Source: Eledone cirrhosa
Lineage: Eukaryota
Direction of reading: 5' to 3'
NCBI GenBank assembly: GCA_964016885.1
Contig: OZ024752.1
Span: 30,132,001-30,196,000, forward strand
Length of the DNA: 64,000 bases
Shown piece after piece: positions 13,179 to 26,327 of the stretch (position 1 is its first letter; each line of letters begins with the position of its first letter). The position numbers and the translations under genes are program-made. The notes below the pieces were generated by a model. It was not told the DNA's origin, ran no database searches, and saw nothing but the letters and a program-made list of their open reading frames with translations.

Positions 13179-13800
13179 CGAGCATTGCTGACTTGTGGGT
13201 TTATGTCGAACACCTGCTGTCGCGTGTAGGATGGATCCAGCTATCAGCTGAGTCCATCGTGAGGATTGCCCCGCCCTCTTCCTTTAGCTGGGAAGGGCAG
13301 GCAATTTTTATCTGTCTGGTGGCTATGGCGAAAGAGATAGTATGGTGGACACGTTTGAAAGGGCTGAAGACGAGCACTTACCTCTTTGGTGATGCCCTGA
13401 TTAACTTTTTCAAATTTCATTTGAAAAGGAAAATCAGGGTAGAGAGAGAAGTGCTCTCTTCCCAGCATTTTGTTGAAAGATGGGTGAGAGAGGCAAGAAT
13501 GGCCCGAGTGAATGGGCCTACTCTAAGTATATGTCTGTAAATTAAAGGTGGAAAACTGGGAGAGGGCACTTGCCCAGGTGGTCAGGGTCACTGTGGCCTT
13601 TTAATGGGCTTTCTCCACGAATGTCCCTTGGAAGTCTCCCCCCTATTGGGGAATTTTTCATTGTTATTTTTTTGTTACATCCTCTGTTTTTGTTTTTTAC
13701 ATGCAGAAATGCCCATTTGTACCGTCCTGTATTGTCCTGTACTGTTCTTAATGTCTACTTTATGTAAACCCTTGTGGTTAATAAAGAAAGCATTATTATT
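13179..13800 (+). mobile_element. 3' end of an L1/Tx1-clade LINE inserted in an (ATT/ATC)n tract
   Basis: SIADLWVYVEHLL..AKEIVWWTR..ERW is typical of the region after the CCHC knuckle; the 3' UTR ends AATAAAGAAAGC(ATT)n. Confidence 0.6.
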
Positions 13801-13810
13801 ATAATTATTA

Positions 13811-14000
13811 AGGGCGGTGAATTGGCAGTATCGGTAGAGAGTCGGACGCCATGCTTTCCAGCATAGTTACGTCTGAGCATAGAACAGTCTGAGTTCAAAT
13901 CCCGCCAAGGTTAACTTTGCCTTTCATCCTTATGGGGTCGATAAAATAAAGTACCAGTAATGTACTGAGTAATTGCTAGCCTTGTGCCAAAAGTAGAAAC
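13811..14000 (+). mobile_element. SINE family B, near full length
   Basis: GGCGGTGAATTGGCAGTATCGGTAGA (A-box-like), GAGTTCAAATCCC (B box), Nin-like domain, (ATT)n tail. Confidence 0.8.
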
Positions 14001-14740
14001 AATTATTATTGTTATTATTATTATTATTTTTACTGTTATCATTATCATTATTGTTATTATCATCATTATTATTGTAATTATTATTATCATTATTATTATT
14101 ATTATCATGATTATTATTAGTTACAGGAAATTGAAAGAAGTCAGAGAAGCATAAATGTCTTGCAAAACCTCAGTATTGACGGTGGATGAAGCAATAACAG
14201 AGACGGAATGTAGATAACAATGTTGAGATAAAAGTTACAAACAAAGAAGTCTGGGACAGTTCTACATTTATATGTAAGCAGTTGTAGGACACAGACCTAT
14301 TTAAGCAGATGAAAACCATTCAAGCAGAAAAAGTCGCACTAAAGAGAAAGAACAAAATGAAAAGAACAAAAAACATTTCTTGTTTTATTATGTTTTACAT
14401 AGGAACTTTTCAGATAGATAATGGTAGAAGCATTCTTCAAATACAAAGGCTGATTACTGATATACAGAGAAATGAAAATGAGAAAAGGAATTTCCAAATC
14501 AACCTTGAATGAGGAGGTATTATTTCTTAGCAAAAAGTTATTTTTTTATGAGGTTAAACAATGAATATTACTTATTTGATAAACAATCAGAATATATACA
14601 TGTATACAATACATACATATATATATATCTATATATTTATATATATGCACACATATATATATACACACACATACATTTATACATTCATATATATATATAC
14701 ATACATATATACACATACACACACATACATTTATACATTC

Positions 14741-14772
<32 letters not shown>

Positions 14773-14921
14773 ATATACATACACACTTATATACATACAT
14801 ACATAAATATACATATATACATACCTCAGGCTGCTGGTGTTCATTTTACCAATACCAACATATATATACATACTTACACATGTATATATGTATGTGTATA
14901 TATATAGACATTCATATATAT

Positions 14922-14962
<41 letters not shown>

Positions 14963-14979
14963 CTTACATATATATATAC

Positions 14980-15565
14980 ATGGTGGCTGCCAACTCGTTT
15001 TGGAGTACGGCCACTACTTTATATCCATGTAGGAGAACCCCTACCGATGCGCTGAACGAATATGACTTTTTAGTCCAGCCAGCGACTTGAAAACTCTGGT
15101 ACAAACACTACACTTGTGACAATTACTGACACATAGTTCTGGGCCCATGGTACCATGTGACGACAAGTGCAGAGAGATTTCCAGATATAAAGCAATGCCT
15201 GTGCCGTGAAGCTTTTATAGTGAGCAAAGGTACTGCACAAAGCCAGTCCCACTCTCTTAACCAAGATGATATTTACCAAAAAGAAGAACAAGTCAACATC
15301 ATTGGATACCATCAGTTATATCAGAGTTTTCCTTCTCCTAGAATTCTGCCTTGACATCTCTCCCGGTGATTTTGGATGGCCACTGACTCTTAAGAGCTCC
15401 TTTGCCCTTTGACAGATTTTGTTTTTAGTCCTGCAGGATGTCCAAAGTCACCCTCCTCACCAAGAAACCTTGGTGGGGTTGCCAGTTTAGTCGCCAACGA
15501 CCCGACCATGGGACAGGTTGTACTGGGATACATGTTACCAGTAGCACCAACTGGTGACCTGACAT
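14980..15565 (-). mobile_element. Bipartite non-autonomous RTE-type element, longest copy
   Basis: RTE-like 5' UTR joined to a terminal C2H2 finger ([17 protein letters not shown]) and a short 3' UTR; flanked by (TA)n; other copies at 51181 and 55551. Confidence 0.7.
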
Positions 15566-15645
15566 ATAATATATATATATATATATATACATATATATAT
15601 ACATACATATATGTATATACACATACACACACATACACATATATA

Positions 15646-16011
15646 TCATCATCATCACTGTTTTATGTCCATTCTTCCACGCTAGCATGGGTTAAACGGG
15701 TTGTCCTGTTGTGGGCAGTGTCCGGTCAGCTGACCTTGTCTTGCTCATACGGGAACTGATTCTGGCTTGATTTCTACAGCTGGATGCTCTTCCTAACACC
15801 AACCTCATTTACAGTGAGTGCTGGGTGCTTTTTTACTGTGGCACCTCCACGACCACTTTGCAGTGGAATGATATGGACCCCAGTCCCTATCATCTCATTT
15901 CTACAGCTGAGTAAACTGTCTTGCTCAAGGAAACAACACATCCCGGGCCGAGAATTGAACTCACAACCTTTCGATTGCAAGCCCAATACTCTAACCACTA
16001 AGCCATGTGCC

Positions 16012-16015
<4 letters not shown>
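15646..16015 (-). mobile_element. SINE family A with a longer RTE tail
   Basis: Same head as 32977; the tail matches 37200-37360 including CCCATGCTAGCGTGGAAGAA. Confidence 0.85.
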
Positions 16016-16069
<54 letters not shown>

Positions 16070-16559
16070 TGCATACATACACACATACATATATTAGTGT
16101 ATGTGAATATATACATGTATGTGTGTGTATATGTGTAAGCAAGATGCTGCTCCTGGCTCAACTATGAAATCAGTAACTCTGATTAAGAACTGACTTTGTC
16201 TGTGATGGTCAGTCCAACCCTTGTTAGCTGGGAAAATGGACATTAAATGATAATTATAAAGATTATACATATATATATATAGTTGCGACAACCAGTAGAT
16301 AATATCAACCATGGAAAGACCAATGGAAACATTGTTTCCTTGGGTCAATTTGACAAGTTTCACTCTACTCATTAAGCAAATGAGTCTTTGACCCTGTTGA
16401 TTGATCAATAAAATGTAAAAACAAAATATGTAGGTAATTATGTATGCATGCATGTATACATACATAAATACATACATCATTTAATATCTGTTTTAATAAG
16501 GATTGGTCGTGTTATCACCAGCAAACTAAGCACTTAATCAGTGCTATTGACTTCTAAGA

Positions 16560-17010
16560 TGGGCAAAAGTGTGGGTGCATCCCACCTACAAATGCATCAC
16601 ATGTCAACATGTCAGTGCATGCCAACACCAGTGCAGTCTTCTCTATGTAGCATTGAAGTTCTCACACAGGCATCATACAAGAGAGAAGCCCTTTGTTGTC
16701 AGTAGTGGTATCAACTTCCAGTCTTTTAAGGCATCCACTCTACTCCTCATGAGGTCATCTAGGTAAGAAAAGTTGTCATCAACTTCTAGCAAGGCTCTCT
16801 GGCGACTGAGGGAATCTATTTCATGTGTGATCTTAATTCTTATTACTCCTTTACATCTGCTGCATACAATGTCTACCTTTTTTGTTAACCTAACTGCAAT
16901 CCCCTTGTATCTCTTGTGCATCCATAGATTACACTTCGTGCACCTTATATTTGACATATCAAACAAAGCCATTTCCCTGATGATGTCAGAGTTCTGTCTT
17001 CTTTCCTTCA
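16560..17010 (-). mobile_element. Degenerate RTE fragment (PHD-like region)
   Basis: IRCTKCNLWMHKR..CSRC..VDDNFSYL..WKLIPLLTTKGFSL is homologous to the RTE ORF at 34283-37063. Confidence 0.75.
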
Positions 17011-17538
17011 TTTAGTTAGAAACTCTGCATTCTATCTTGCATTTTAAAGATTTTCTCCATCGATGTAATAAAGATTAATTTATATTTATTTCTTCTCTGA
17101 GTTAATTCAGAATATCCTGTATAAAATAATATAATCCTTTAGTAAGGGGGATTGGGAGATTGGGGGATTAGGGTCTTTAATGTTAGTTTCACATCTAATT
17201 CTCAAGCCTGGCTTTATGTCATGGAATCTCATTGAATTGGAAGAATAAATATAAAAAGAGAGACAAGTTACTGGACATTTCTGCTACTTATCATCTTTAG
17301 CTTTTGTTTCCTTCCAAGCTTATCTAGATGCAGCCTCTCATTCATGACACAACATTAAGTAACAAAGATAATTCTGATGTATGTCCTGTATGGTTATACA
17401 TTCCTTTGACTGTGTTACTACTCATTGTGATTAATACTGAAGATAAACACCAAGACTTTACATTTCATGACTAACACTAGTGTCATATCTTGATACAATA
17501 AGATTCAGTGATTCAGAGATTCTAAATAGGAACCATTT

Positions 17539-17669
17539 TCAACAACTGTTAGCGTACAATCTCAGTATGATTCTAAGAAGAGTGGCTACATCAAAGATGG
17601 TGGGTACCATGTGTAATAGAACTGAAGCTCTGTCTACATGATTCTGTGATTGTTGAAGTCCTGCAATTC
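17539..17669 (-). CDS. Candidate exon downstream of the ankyrin exon
   Basis: ttgtctttgttaaacag acceptor; phase-compatible with 24887 (G|GA), giving GIAGLQQSQNHVDRASVLLHM...C*; weak ankyrin resemblance. Confidence 0.3.
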
Positions 17670-18336
17670 CTGTTTAACAAAGACAAGATCACCCACTCCA
17701 CTCCACCCCACCCCACCCAAAAGGGATATAAAATGTAGCAAATATCAGTTGATCCATATGACACGATAAAGGATATAAGGTCAAATGCAATGTATACAAT
17801 GCCATGCCTTTTTATTATATAACAATAACATTTGCTAAAAGTCAAGTGTGTGGATAGATATAAGTTTTATTACATAAATATCAATGGTTATCTGAAAAAA
17901 GTATAAAACATTTTGTTAGAATGCAGATGCTAATGGTCAAAGAATACAAGTTGCCAACATTATTACAAAACTTTTACTGTAGAATTAAGAATAATGGTTT
18001 TTAACGCTGCACCAACATTATTTTGCAACATTGAAGAATAACTGATTTTAATCCTATAGTAAGAATAATGCTTTTTTAAAAATGTATCAATAGAAATTTG
18101 TTTCCAACAATCCTGAGAGACTTTCATCGTGACGCATTTGATTCTAAACACATATTGCAGAGTTTATTTATTCATTCATTCTAAGTTTAAACTTTATTCT
18201 TGTTCTGATCAAAGTTTCACACTTGTTAAAGCTTTAAGTGACAGATTCCTGAAGATTTACACCTCAGGGTAGCAACAGAGGGAAGTGTCAGTTTCCAGGA
18301 AATGAATGTGTGTGTATAAAGTATATTCATATTAAA

Positions 18337-18339
<3 letters not shown>

Positions 18340-18370
<31 letters not shown>

Positions 18371-19312
18371 TACCATCTAATGTCCATTTTCCATGGTAGC
18401 ATGGGTTAGACGAGTTGTCCCATTTGAGGTAATTCAGATCAGCTGGCTGTATCTTGCTTATACAGAACTGTTTCTGGCTTGGTTTCCACAACTGGATGCC
18501 CTTCCTAATGCCAACCACATTTACAGTGTGGGCTGGGTACCTTTTGTCATTATACCAAAACGACCACTTTACAGTGTGGACTGGGTGTTCTATGTCATGA
18601 CACCAAAAGAACCACATTACAGAGCTGACTGGGGCAAGGGAGAAGGGTGGAGTGATCAGGATGTGGGTGTTAGGGCGTGGGAGGTGTATGGATGGGGGAG
18701 GGAGGATAGTAGTTAAGTAGTGCATACAAGATGTATGCTTCAATCCATGTGCATGGGAAGGTGTGTCTTTTGTATTACTGCATAACACAAGAGATCTCCA
18801 TCTTTGAAAGGTAAAATTGTGCAAGGTCAGCTTCTATTACCTCATCCCAGACCTTCCTAGGTCTTCCTACTCCAAGGCTTCCATCAACTTTGATCACCCT
18901 ACACCTCTTTATACAGTTGTCATCCTTCATACGCATCACATGGCCATACCAATTCAATCTCCTTTCTTGGACACTGCATCTAATCCCTCTTATGCCCAGT
19001 TTATCTCTCAGTTCATTTGCCATTTATGTATATTACTATTACACATCCATTGGAGCATGCAAGCTTCATTTATTTCCAGACTTTGTAGGTCCTCTGCACA
19101 CAGTGCCCAGTTCTCACTACCATGCAACATTACTGTTTGTATACATGCATTATACAATCTGCTCTTCATTTTGAGGAAAAAATATTTTGTAGCTAGCAGC
19201 AGTAGTAGCTCCCTGAATGTTTTCCATTCCATTCTTACTCTGGCTACTGTACTTTCAGAATACCCTCCTCCACTGCTAATTTGGTCACCCAGGTAACAGA
19301 AACTGTCAACTA
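18340..19312 (-). mobile_element. 5'-truncated RTE LINE, older subfamily
   Basis: WKTFRELL..RLYNACIQTVMLHGSENW..ERRLNWYGHVMRM..GRPRKVW with frameshifts; (GAT)n tail. Confidence 0.9.
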
Positions 19313-19551
19313 TTGTATATGTGTATATAATATATTCCTGTTAAATGTATATATGTCTATAATATATTCCAGTTAACTGTATATATGTATATAATATATT
19401 TCTGTTAAATGTATATATATACATAATATATTCCTGTTAAATGTATATATGTATATAATAATGTAAGTATGTATACGTACATACATATATGTATACAGAC
19501 GTATAGTAGTATGTATATACATACATACATGCACACATTCATATATATACG

Positions 19552-19886
19552 TATGGGTTTACCGAACATTTATTATAATGTTCGGTTTGTTTGTAAACAA
19601 ACAGCCCGAATTAAGCTGTACAGTGTTTGGCAATTATCGTCGCCCTTTTGTTCAACACTGACAAAGGAACGATGTACTAGTTTCAACCTTATTAGCTATC
19701 GTCAGCATTGTATACCTTCCTGTCAGATGATTGAACGTTTGAAAGTATATACTTTCTTTATGCATATTAACGGCTGAGCAGCCTAATTTGCATATCGCGT
19801 GAGTTAGTCGGCTAGGCGCACCGAAAACGATAAATGGAAAAGAATGAAATAAAATTTCATTTCTCACTCTTAGTACGGCTGATACT
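19552..19886 (-). mobile_element. CpG-rich PLE pLTR-like fragment containing a hammerhead
   Basis: Unique sequence next to TA-rich repeats, carrying the HHR motif at 19670-19710. Confidence 0.6.
19670..19710 (-). ncRNA. Minimal type I hammerhead ribozyme motif
   Basis: CAATG-CTGACGA-TAGCTAATAAGGTT-GAAA-CTAG-TA-CATCG: intact core, palindromic stem III, weak stem II. Confidence 0.65.
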
Positions 19887-20347
19887 TAAATGTATATAAT
19901 ATATTACAGTTAAATGTTGTATATGTGTATATAATATATTCCAGTTAAATGTATATGTATATATAATATATTACAGTTAAATGTTGTATATGTGTATATA
20001 ATATATTCCTGTTAAATGTTGTATATGTATATATAATATATTCCAGTTAAATGTTATATATGTGTATATAATATGTTCCTGTTAAATGTATATGTATATA
20101 TAATATATTCCAGTTAAATGTTGTATATGTATATATAATATGTTCCTGTTAAATGTTGTATATGTGTATATAATATATTCCTGTTAAATGCTGTATATAT
20201 GTATGTATAATATATTCCAGTTAAATGTTGTATATACGTATATAATATATTCTTGTTAAATGTATATGTATATATAATATATTCCAGTTAAATGTTGTAT
20301 ATGTATATATAATATATTCCTGTTAAATGTGTATATGTCTATAATAT

Positions 20348-20475
20348 CATCATCATCATCATCATCACCGTTTTACGTCCGTTCTTCCACGCTAGCATGG
20401 GTTAGATGGGTTGTCCTGTTGTGGGCAGTGTCTGGTCGGCTGACCATGCCTTGCTCATACAGGAACTGATTTGGC
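20348..20475 (-). mobile_element. Young 128-bp RTE 3' end inserted in the minisatellite
   Basis: Near-identical to 37236-37362; flanked by TAATAT on both sides (possible TSD). Confidence 0.9.
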
Positions 20476-23400
20476 TAATATATTCCTGTTAAATGTTGTA
20501 TATGTATATATAATATATTCCTGTTAAATGTATATATGTCTATAATATATTCCTGTTAAATGTATATATGTCTATAATATATTCCTGTTAAATGTATATA
20601 TGTCTATAATATATTCCTGTTAAATGTATATATGTATATATAATATATTCCTGATGTATGTATATATGTATATATAATATATTCCTGTTATTGTATATAT
20701 GTATATATAATATATTCCTGTTAAATGTATATATGTATATATAATATATTCCTGTTAAATGTATATATGTATATATAATATATTCCTGTTAAATGTATAT
20801 ATGTATATATAATATATTCCTGTTATTGTATATATGTATATATAATATATTCCTGTTAAATGTATATATGTATATATAATATATTCCTGTTAAATGTATA
20901 TATGTCTATAATATATTCCTGTTAAATGTATATATGTATATATAATATATTCCTGTTAAATGTATATATGTATATATAATATATTCCTGTTAAATGTGTA
21001 TATGTCTATAATATATTCCTGTTAAATGTATATATGTCTATAATATATTCCTGTTAAATGTATATATGTATATATAATATATTCCTGTTAAATGTATATA
21101 TGTATATATAATATATTCCTGTTAAATGTATATATGTATATATAATATATTCCTGTTAAATGTATATATGTATATATAATATATTCCTGTTATTGTATAT
21201 ATGTATATATAATATATTCCTGTTAAATGTATATATGTATATATAATATATTCCTGTTAAATGTATATATGTCTATAATATATTCCTGTTAAATGTATAT
21301 ATGTATATATAATATATTCCTGTTAAATGTATATATGTATATATAATATATTCCTGTTAAATGTGTATATGTCTATAATATATTCCTGTTAAATGTATAT
21401 ATGTCTATAATATATTCCTGTTAAATGTATATATGTATATATAATATATTCCTGTTAAATGTATATATGTATATATAATATATTCCTGTTAAATGTATAT
21501 ATGTCTATAATATATTCCTGTTAAATGTATATATGTCTATAATATATTCCTGTTAAATGTATATATGTATATATAATATATTCCTGTTAAATGTGTATAT
21601 GTATATATAATATATTCCTGTTAAATGTATATATGTATATATAATATATTCCTGTTAAATGTATATATGTCTATAATATATTCCTGTTAAATGTATATAT
21701 GTATATAATATATTCCTGTTAAATGTATATATGTCTATAATATATTCCTGTTAAATGTATATATGTATATAATATATTCCTGTTAAATGTATATATGTCT
21801 ATAATATATTCCTGTTAAATGTATATATGTATATAATATATTCCTGTTAAATGTATATATGTCTATAATATATTCCTGTTAAATGTATATATGTCTATAA
21901 TATATTCCTGTTAAATGTATATATGTATATATAATATATTCCTGTTAAATGTGTATATGTATATATAATATATTCCTGTTAAATGTATATATGTATATAT
22001 AATATATTCCTGTTAAATGTATATATGTCTATAATATATTCCTGTTAAATGTATATATGTATATATAATATATTCCTGTTAAATGTATATGTATATATAA
22101 TATATTCCTGTTAAATGTATATATGTCTATAATATATTCCTGTTAAATGTATATATGTCTATAATATATTCCTGTTAAATGTATATATGTATATATAATA
22201 TATTCCTGTTAAATGTATATATGTCTATAATATATTCCTGTTAAATGTATATATGTCATTAATATATTCCTGTTAAATGTATATATGTATATATAATATA
22301 TTCCTGTTAAATGTATATATGTCTATAATATATTCCTGTTAAATGTATATATGTATATATAATATATTCCTGTTAAATGTATATATGTATATATAATATA
22401 TTCCTGTTAAATGTATATATGTATATATAATATATTCCTGTTAAATGTATATATGTATATATAATATATTCCTGTTAAATGTATATATGTATATATAATA
22501 TATTCCTGTTAAGTGTATATGTATATATAATATATTCCTGTTAAATGTATATATGTATATATAATATATTCCTGTTAAATGTATCTGTATATATAATATA
22601 TTCCTGTTAAATGTATATATGTATATATAATATATTCCTGTTAAATGTATATATGTATATATAATATATTCCTGTTAAATGTATATATGTCTATAATATA
22701 TTCCTATTAAATGTATATATGTCTATAATATATTCCTGTTAAATGTATATATGTATATATAATATATTCCTGTTAAATGTGTATATGTATATATAATATA
22801 TTCCTGTTAAATGTATATATGTATATATAATATATTCCTGTTAAATGTATATATGTCTATAATATATTCCTGTTAAATGTGTATATGTCTATAATATATT
22901 CCTGTTAAATGTATATATGTATATATAATATATTCCTGTTAAATGTATATATGTATATATAATATATTCCTGTTAAATGTATATATGTATATATAATATA
23001 TTCCTGTTATTGTATATATGTATATATAATATATTCCTGTTAAATGTATATATGTATATATAATATATTCCTGTTAAATGTGTATATGTCTATAATATAT
23101 TCCTGTTAAATGTGTATATGTCTATAATATATTCCTGTTAAATGTATATATGTATATATAATATATTCCTGTTAAATGTATATATGTCTATAATATATTC
23201 CTGTTAAATGTATATATGTCTATAATATATTCCTGTTAAAAGTATATATGTATATATAATATATTGTATGTTGTATATAGTATAAATATAAGATAGAGAG
23301 ATAAAGATCCCATACCTCTTTGTGGAGTTGTAGAGGCACCGTCACATGGTGTGTCTAGGGTACATTTAAACCTGGCAGAGCCCAACCCTCTCCAGCTCTG

Positions 23401-24043
23401 AACACAGAGGAAGAATGACCCCAGTACTAGACTGGTACTTTTTCTATTGACCTTGAAAGGATGAAAGGCAAAGTTGTCCTTCATGTGATTTGAAAGAGTG
23501 TGCAATGAGCTGGGATGAATACCGTAAAGCATTCTATCCATCTTAACAACTGTCAATCCGCCGCCTTAGTATGTTCTTGTTAAATGTTGTATTTGTGTAT
23601 ATAATATATTTCTTTCATATATTCTTGTTAAATTAAATGTTATATTAATGAGACATGTTTAAAGTTCATGTCAAACAAATATAATGATATGTTTGTATTT
23701 TTATACCATTATACTTTTTCATAAAACATATCTGTCATGTATTAAATGTTGTCAGTCTCATATATATATTTGTATGGTTATGCTAACATTTCTAATCCAT
23801 AGATTAGCAATGTCAGACTAACCTCACAGGCTGGTCTTTGTGACATTTCTAATCACACAGTAAGTTGGTCAGAAATAGTAAACAAGTAATTTATATTGAT
23901 TAACTCAAATTTCTAAGATAGCAGAAACTGTCTATGAAAGAATTATAATTTTCATAAGTATTAACCAATTCTGACAACAATCACATAGACTGATAAAAAA
24001 TAATTTTAAAATTCAGTTATTTAGGAAATGTGAATAATACTAA

Positions 24044-24421
24044 TTATTTCTAGTATAGGCACAAGGCCAGCAATTTGAAGGGGAGGGGAAAGTCAATTAA
24101 ATCAACTCCAGAGCTTACTGGTACTTTATTTTATCGACCCCTGTAAGGATGAAAGGAAAAGCTAACCTCGGCAGAATTTGAACTCAGAACGTAAAGTGTC
24201 ATAACTCTATGCTGATAAGCATGTTAATAATAACAATAATTGTTTCTACTTTAGGCACAAGGCCAGCAATTACCCAGTGCATTACTGGTACTTTATTTTA
24301 TCGACCCCGTAAGGATGAAAGGCAAAGTTAACCTCGGCGGGATTTGAACTCAGATCGTAAAGGGACGTAACTATGCTGGAAAGCATGGCATCCGACACTC
24401 TACCGATACTGGCAATCCACC
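24044..24421 (-). mobile_element. Two tandem SINE family B copies (24044-24225, 24238-24421)
   Basis: Each has the Nin-like block and B box; the second closely matches 13811-14000. Confidence 0.8.
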
Positions 24422-24886
24422 AATAATAATAAATAATAATAATACTAATAATAATTGAAGGAGAAGGAATGACCCAAAGGCTCTTTGGCCACTGGCTATG
24501 GTTCTCTCCTTGGGTATAAGCAATTTTTGTTTGTAAAAACTAGCAATCAGTTGCTAAGTAAAATGTTGATTTGCCTCAGATCAGTCCCTGGTCTCAGAGG
24601 CTCAATATATCCTGCAGGACTTTGGCAGTGGTAGTGAGGGTAAAACTTTGGGCACTACCTATGAAGTCAGGGATCCTAAGCTTTAGACTTAAGGCATTTA
24701 AGGACCATGCCTAGTGCTCCAATGATGATTCGCATGACTTCTGTCATGATACTCAGTTCTAATAGCACTCCTTGTTGAGACCAGACAGCCAGTGGCAATG
24801 GTGGCAATGGTGGCAATAGCGTTGGCAACAACAACATGAGCTAAAATAAAAATCACTTTTGAATTTTTGTATTAAATGTAACTTAC

Positions 24887-24975
24887 CTCGACTATTGCAA
24901 ACATTTACATCAATACCAGATGATATGAATAAGGCAAGAATTTCTGAAAATCCATTTGCACAGGCAACATGAAAG
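24887..24975 (-). CDS. Internal exon of an ankyrin-repeat protein gene
   Basis: ccttttatatcag|C TTT CAT ... CGA G|gtaagt; encodes FHVACANGFSEILALFISSGIDVNVCNSR(G), matching the ankyrin consensus LH.A...G...I...L...G.DVN..N..G. Confidence 0.8.
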
Positions 24976-25546
24976 CTGATATAAAAAGGAGAATAGAAAT
25001 TCAGATGAATATAAGCAATAGCTTGGCACAGCAAACATTATAAAATTGAAAAAAAACAACATAATTTTGATGAAAATGAATAACAGAACAAGCAGACAAT
25101 AGTGTTTGGAATAAAAAAACCATTTGTATTTTTAATTTAAATTTCTTGTTTTAACATAATATTTTAATGACAAATGGGGTGAGCTAGTATTATAAAACTT
25201 AAATTTCAATGAGAAAATTAAAAACATTTATTTTCAACTTTTGTTTTTTTTTTGTTTTCATATCAGCTTTTTGAAACCTGAGTGGAATTAGTCTTAAAAT
25301 TAAAATAATTCAATATCTATGACAGCGATTTCTAATTCAAGCCAGCAATTTGGTAGGAGGTGGGTGAGGTGGGGTGAGAAAGTCAATTAAGTCAACATCA
25401 ATACTTGACTGGAACATAATTTTATCGATGCTGAAGGATGCTGAAGGATGAAAGGCAAAGTTGATTTTGGTGAGATTTGAACTCAGAAAGTAAAAAAAAA
25501 CAGTACAAATACCACAAAACATTTGTCCAATGCTATAATGATCCCA

Positions 25547-25850
25547 GACGGTGAATTGTCAGAGTTGTTAGAATGTTGGATAGAATGCTTTGTGGTATTC
25601 ATTTTGGCTCTCTGAGTTCAAATCCCTCCGAGGGCAACTTTGCCTTTCATCCATTCCAAGTGGATAAAAAAGTACCAGTCTAGTACTGGGGTCGATTCTT
25701 CCTCTATCTCACTTCTTTATCACTCTATCTTTCTCAGGAGGAAATCTGCTGTATTTGGACCTGGAAAGGAGATGGGCTCTGCCAGGTTTAAAAATGCCAT
25801 AGAAAACACTGTATACCAATATGGTGCCCCTACCACTCCTTAAGGAGTTA
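25547..25850 (+). mobile_element. SINE family B variant with extended tail
   Basis: Head, B box and Nin-like block; the tail GGGCTCTGCCAGGTTTAAA is shared with 23290-23568. Confidence 0.65.
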
Positions 25851-26106
25851 CGAGACCATATATATATTCATGGATTCCACAAATCTACCAACCTTAAAAT
25901 CTATTATAATCAAATGTGTTTATATGTCAGATTATAATATAGGAACTGTTTATTAGTAACACCCCAAGGTTCAAGTATTTATTAGTAACACACTAAGGTT
26001 CAACTGACACTCCTTACTTGTGTGACAACAGAATGTAGCAAAGTTTTAAACTATAACCTTTTTATTATATTATTCTTCCCTAGGAAACCATGTAAAGTTT
26101 CCTTAA

Positions 26107-26327
26107 CCCTTTAGCATTTAAACCGGCTGTATCCGGCCAGAACTCTCTCACCTCTTTTTGTTCAAACTGGCTGTAACTGGCCACTCATACCAACATTATG
26201 GTATTGTTCTCAAAATAAATAATATCAACATCTCATAGATTCAATATTATATGAGATAATTATGTAAGATAAAGCTTTTACTGTGAAAATACAATAGTAA
26301 ATATAGAGTAATCTAAATGCTAAAGGG
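26107..26327. mobile_element. Complete piggyBac-type MITE
   Basis: TTAA|CCCTTTAGCATTTA ... TAAATGCTAAAGGG|TTAA: 14-bp TIRs and a TTAA target duplication. Confidence 0.9.

Larger units (their letters stand above)
19313..23280. repeat. 32-34 bp AT-rich minisatellite (ATATATTCCTGTTAAATGTATATATGTATATATA), about 100 units, with two insertions
   Basis: Directly visible tandem array, interrupted at 19470-19886 and 20348-20475. Confidence 0.95.

Noticed and set aside
15250-15565. HDV-like or twister ribozyme in the bipartite element 5' region
   Set aside because: Hairpins are present, but I could not assemble the required pseudoknots by eye.
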